Part shown: in pieces, positions 58,906 through 64,000 of the stretch
How the letters are laid out: the number at the start of each line of letters is the position of its first letter
How positions within the stretch are numbered: the first letter of the stretch is position 1
Source of the DNA: Squalus acanthias
Taxonomy: Eukaryota
Direction: 5' to 3'
Length of the DNA: 64,000 nt
NCBI GenBank assembly: GCA_030390025.1
Contig: CM059433.1
Location: forward strand, 4,092,001-4,156,000
The notes under the pieces: model-generated
Seen by the model: only the letters and a program-made list of their open reading frames with translations
The model's database searches: none
Told to the model about the DNA's origin: nothing
Program-made: the position numbers and the translations under genes

Positions 58906-61900
58906 TATATCCTATACTGGATCGTGTTTATATCCTATACTGGATCGTGTTTATATCCTATACTGGATCGTGTTTATATCCTATACTGGATCGTGTTTAT
59001 ATCCTATACTGGATCGTGTTTATATCCTATACTGGATCGTGTTTACATCCTATACTGGATCGTGTTTATATCCTGCACTGGATCGTGTTTATATCCTATA
59101 TTGGATCGTGTTTATATCCTATATTGGATTGTGTTTACATCCTATACTGGATTGTGTTTATATCCTATACTGGATCGTGTTTACATCCTATACTGGATTG
59201 TGTTTATATCCTATGCTGGATCGTGTTTATATCCTATACTGGATCGTGTTTATATCCTATACTGGATCGTGTTTATATCCTATATTGGATCGTGTTTATA
59301 TCCTATACTGGATTGTGTTTACATCCTATACTGGATTGTGTTTATATCCTATACTGGATCGTGTTTACATCCTATACTGGATTGTGTTTATATCCTATAC
59401 TGGATTGTGTTTATATCCTATACTGGATCGTGTTTATATCCTATATTGGATCGTGTTTACATCCTATACTGGATTGTGTTTATATCCTATACTGGATTGT
59501 GTTTATATCCTATACTGTATTGTGTTTATATCCTATACTGGATCGTGTTTATATCCTATACTGGATCGTGTTTATATCCTATACTGGATCGTGTTTATAT
59601 CCTATACTGGATCGTGTTTATATCCTATACTGGATCGTGTTTATATCCTATACTGGATTGTGTTTATATCCTATACTGTATTGTGTTTATATCCTATACT
59701 GGATCGTGTTTATATCCTATACTGGATCGTGTTTATATCCTATACTGGATCGTGTTTATATCCTATACTGGATTGTGTTTATATCCTATATTGGATCGTG
59801 TTTATATCCTATACTGGATCGTGTTTACATCCTATACTGGATCGTGTTTATATCCTATACTGGATCGTGTTTATATCCTATATTGGATCGTGTTTATATC
59901 CTATACTGGATCGTGTTTATATCCTATACTGGATCGTGTTTATATCCTATACTGGATCGTGTTTATATCCTATACTGGATTGTGTTTATATCCTATATTG
60001 GATCGTGTTTATATCCTATACTGGATCGTGTTTACATCCTATACTGGATCGTGTTTATATCCTATACTGGATCGTGTTTATATCCTATATTGGATCGTGT
60101 TTATATCCTATATTGGATTGTGTTTATATCCTATATTGGATTGTGTTTATATCCTATACTGGATTGTGTTTATATCCTATACTGGATCGTGTTTATATCC
60201 TATATTGGATCGTGTTTATATCCTATATTGGATTGTGTTTATATCCTATACTGGATTGTGTTTACATCCTATACTGGATCGTGTTTATATCCTATACTGG
60301 ATCGTGTTTATATCCTATATTGGATCGTGTTTATATCCTATATTGGATTGTGTTTATATCCTATACTGGATCGTGTTTACATCCTATACTGGATCGTGTT
60401 TATATCCTATACTGGATCGTGTTTATATCCTATATTGGATCGTGTTTATATCCTATACTGTATTGTGTTTATATCCTATACTGGATCGTGTTTATATCCT
60501 ATACTGGATCGTGTTTATATCCTATACTGGATCGTGTTTATATCCTATACTGGATCGTGTTTATATCCTATACTGGATCGTGTTTATATCCTATACTGGA
60601 TTGTGTTTATATCCTATACTGTATTGTGTTTATATCCTATACTGGATCGTGTTTATATCCTATACTGGATCGTGTTTATATCCTATACTGGATCGTGTTT
60701 ATATCCTATACTGGATTGTGTTTATATCCTATATTGGATCGTGTTTATATCCTATACTGGATCGTGTTTACATCCTATACTGGATCGTGTTTATATCCTA
60801 TACTGGATCGTGTTTATATCCTATATTGGATCGTGTTTATATCCTATATTGGATTGTGTTTACATCCTATACTGGATTGTGTTTATATCCTATACTGGAT
60901 CGTGTTTACATCCTATACTGGATTGTGTTTATATCCTATACTGGATCGTGTTTATATCCTATACTGGATTGTGTTTATATCCTATACTGGATCGTGTTTA
61001 TATCCTATATTGGATCGTGTTTATATCCTATACTGGATTGTGTTTATATCCTATACTGGATTGTGTTTATATCCTATACTGGATCGTGTTTATATCCTAT
61101 ACTGGATCGTGTTTATATCCTATACTGGATCGTGTTTATATCCAATATTGGATCGTGTTTATATCCTATATTGGATCGTGTTTACATCCTATACTGGATC
61201 GTGTTTACATCCAATACTGGATTGTGTGTATATCCTATACTGGATCGTGTTTATATCCTATACTGGATTGTGTTTATGTCCTATACTGGATCGTGTTTAT
61301 ATCCTATACTGGATTGTGTTTATATCCTATATTGGATCGTGTTTATATCCTATATTGGATCATGTTTATATCCTATACTGGATCATGTTTATATCCTATA
61401 CTGGATCGTGTTTATATCCTATACTGGATTGTGTTTATATCCTATACTGGATTGTGTTTATATCCTATACTGGATTGTGTTTATATCCTATACTGGATCG
61501 TGTTTATATCCTATACTGGATTGTGTTTATATCCTATACTGGATCGTGTTTATATCCTATACTGGATTGTGTTTATATCCTATACTGGATCGTGTTTATA
61601 TCCTATATTGGATCATGTTTATATCCTATACTGGATCGTGTTTATATCCTATACTGGATCGTGTTTATATCCTATATTGGATCGTGTTTATATCCTATAC
61701 TGGATCGTGTTTATATCCTATATTGGATTGTGTTTATATCCTATACTGGATCATCTTTATATCCTATACTGGATCGTGTTTATATCCTATACTGGATCGT
61801 GTTTATATCCTATACTGGATCGTGTTTATATCCTATATTGGATTGTGTTTATATCCTCTACTGGATTGTGTTTATATCCTATACTGGATCATCTTTATAT

Positions 61901-62496
61901 CCTATACTGGATCGTGTTTATATCCTATATTGGATCGTGTTTATATCCTATACTGGATCGTGTTTATATCCTATATTGGATTGTGTTTATATCCTATATT
62001 GGATTGTGTTTATATCCTATACTGGATAGTGTTTATATCCTATACTGGATCGTGTTTATATCCTATATTGGATCGTGTTTATATCCTATAGTGGATTGTG
62101 TTTATATCCTATACTGGATTGTGTTTATATCCTATACTGGATCGTGTTTATATCCTATACTGGATCGTGTTTATATCCTATATTGGATCGTGTTTATATC
62201 CTATACTGGATCGTGTTTATATCCTATATTGGATCGTGTTTATATCCTATACTGGATCGTGTTTATATCCTATATTGGATAGTGTTTATATCCTATATTG
62301 GATTGTGTTTATATCCTATACTGGATTGTGTTTATATCCTATACTGGATCGTGTTTATATCCTATACTGGATCGTGTTTATATGCTATACTGGATCGTGT
62401 TTATATCCTATATTGGATCGTGTTTATATCCTATACTGGATCGTGTTTATATCCTATACTGGATCGTGTTTATATCCTATACTGGATTGTGTTTAT
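58906..62496. repeat. 23-bp tandem satellite (TATATCCTATACTGGATCGTGTT), about 156 copies
   Basis: Direct inspection; a few recurrent variants (TATTGG, GGATTG, TTACAT). Confidence 0.98.
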
Positions 62497-64000
62497 GACT
62501 CCCTCTGTTACATTTCCAAATGGGCTGATTTATAGACCACTTGACCAAGTCCTTGTAGCATCATAACAAAATAAAATGGAACTGATTCAAGGCTCAAGTC
62601 TAATTCAAGTTTAAGACTACAACAGCTGGGAAATAAAATACTCAGAAGCATCAGGCAATTATACAATGACATGATAGTGATGCAGTTGCACACAGGTTGC
62701 TGCCTAGAATTCAGCAAACTTTAAGCACTAACTTTAGATATGCAACCCATGGAAATGCAGTGAGATATTAATGCACTCGATCCTTCTCAGGCACAGTACC
62801 TACTGCCACTTCGGGGTCCAGGCCTCTTGGCAGTGGGGCCCACGTATGACTTTGTGGAGTTTGGTAAGCCTCCACTCACTCAGCATACCGACCACCACTA
62901 TTAGGCTGGGTCCTGACTGAGGCTCAGGAGTGACAGCTCCTGGTTTAGGAGATCCTGCCCCTGTCTCCACCAACCGGCAGACATTTGCCTTGTAAGGGGG
63001 GCAAGGAAGTTATGGCCCTTTTGAGGCAGCTCGGTAACTCCCAATTGGGTCTCAGCCATTTTCCTGGATGTTCCGCTGGTCTCCCAATGGAGTTATGGTG
63101 GGAGACTTTCAGATTCCCTGAGGAATTACTGTGCCTATGTTTTTATTTCAAAGTACACACTGTTAGTAATGTAATTGATAATCACCTTAGTCTTGTGTGG
63201 CCAGGTTCATGGATCTTAGCTGTGACTTGACTATCAAAGCTACAAACTACATGTACCAGACACTTTGGCGATTCAGTGAATCCCAGATCAGGACAGACTG
63301 ACACATTATTAATCTTGCCCTGTGCTAACCATATGTCATCTTGGCAGAGCTATTAAGTGGCATTAGTGTTAAAAGTCTGTGGAATATTTTTCTATTCTTC
63401 CAGCTAAATTGATGAATGTGAGAAACGATGATGGTGAATAAATCAGGAAATTATCTTTCAAAAGTCCATATAAAAGCATGACGTATTAAAGAAGTTCAAT
63501 CACACCTCTCGACAATTCCTGGGTGATGTATTTTAAGAGGCCCATTGATTTATTTGAAGTTTTCGTTCTATCGTACTGCTGATCTCTTATTGATTTTGAA
63601 GGGTTCTGAATTTATGGCTGATCATTATCTTTTTTATTGCTAACAGTAATGATCATCATTTCTGTGTGAGAAAAGGGATTCTTGCTTGTCCCTCGATTTA
63701 CAGTTTGAAAGGTTTTCAAGGTCATGTTAATCAAGACAATGTCAAACAGAATCTGACAACTTTGGTAGCATTTTATTGAGACCAACATAATAAACCTTCC
63801 TCGCACCTGAAGAAAGATTCTGAAAGTTTGCCTGGAGGTTTCCGAGCTGAATAAAACGTCGCCTTCGCTACTGTATCTGTGTTTTTACACTTAGTTGAAA
63901 AGATGAATACAGCATTTTTCAACAGTGTCACTGGCTGTGCTCCTTTTCAAGTCAGTCACATGTTTTTTGCTTTCTGTTCAAAATGTATAAAAGTATGTTA

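Noticed and set aside
58853..62566. Three ORFs of more than 1,000 aa; possible CRISPR-like array
   Set aside because: Translation of a 23-bp satellite; units are head-to-tail with no unique spacers, there are no cas genes, and the context is eukaryotic.

Overview
Vertebrate genomic DNA dominated by transposable elements. The repeat set suggests a cartilaginous fish (shark): CR1 and L2 LINEs, a DeuSINE, Neptune-type Penelope elements and PIF/Harbinger elements. No host gene is confidently identifiable; there are only a few speculative + strand exons. Highlights: (1) Four independent Penelope insertions share one asymmetric inverted two-arm architecture with 12-16 bp target-site duplications (TSDs). 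They range from a 4.2-kb element with 1,785-bp near-identical arms to a 222-bp hairpin made of two opposed minimal hammerhead ribozymes. Their junctions suggest priming guided by RNA-target homology. (2) A near-intact CR1 has a canonical in-frame -1 slippery heptamer (U_UUA_AAC) at its ORF1/ORF2 junction and no usable ORF2 AUG. (3) Several Harbinger or hAT non-autonomous elements each carry their own GC-skewed minisatellite. (4) The window also has multi-level TE nesting, an 87-bp duplication flanking a CR1 insertion, and a 3.6-kb 23-bp satellite that begins with a fold-back. All family assignments come from motif recognition by eye, without database searches, and many boundaries are approximate.
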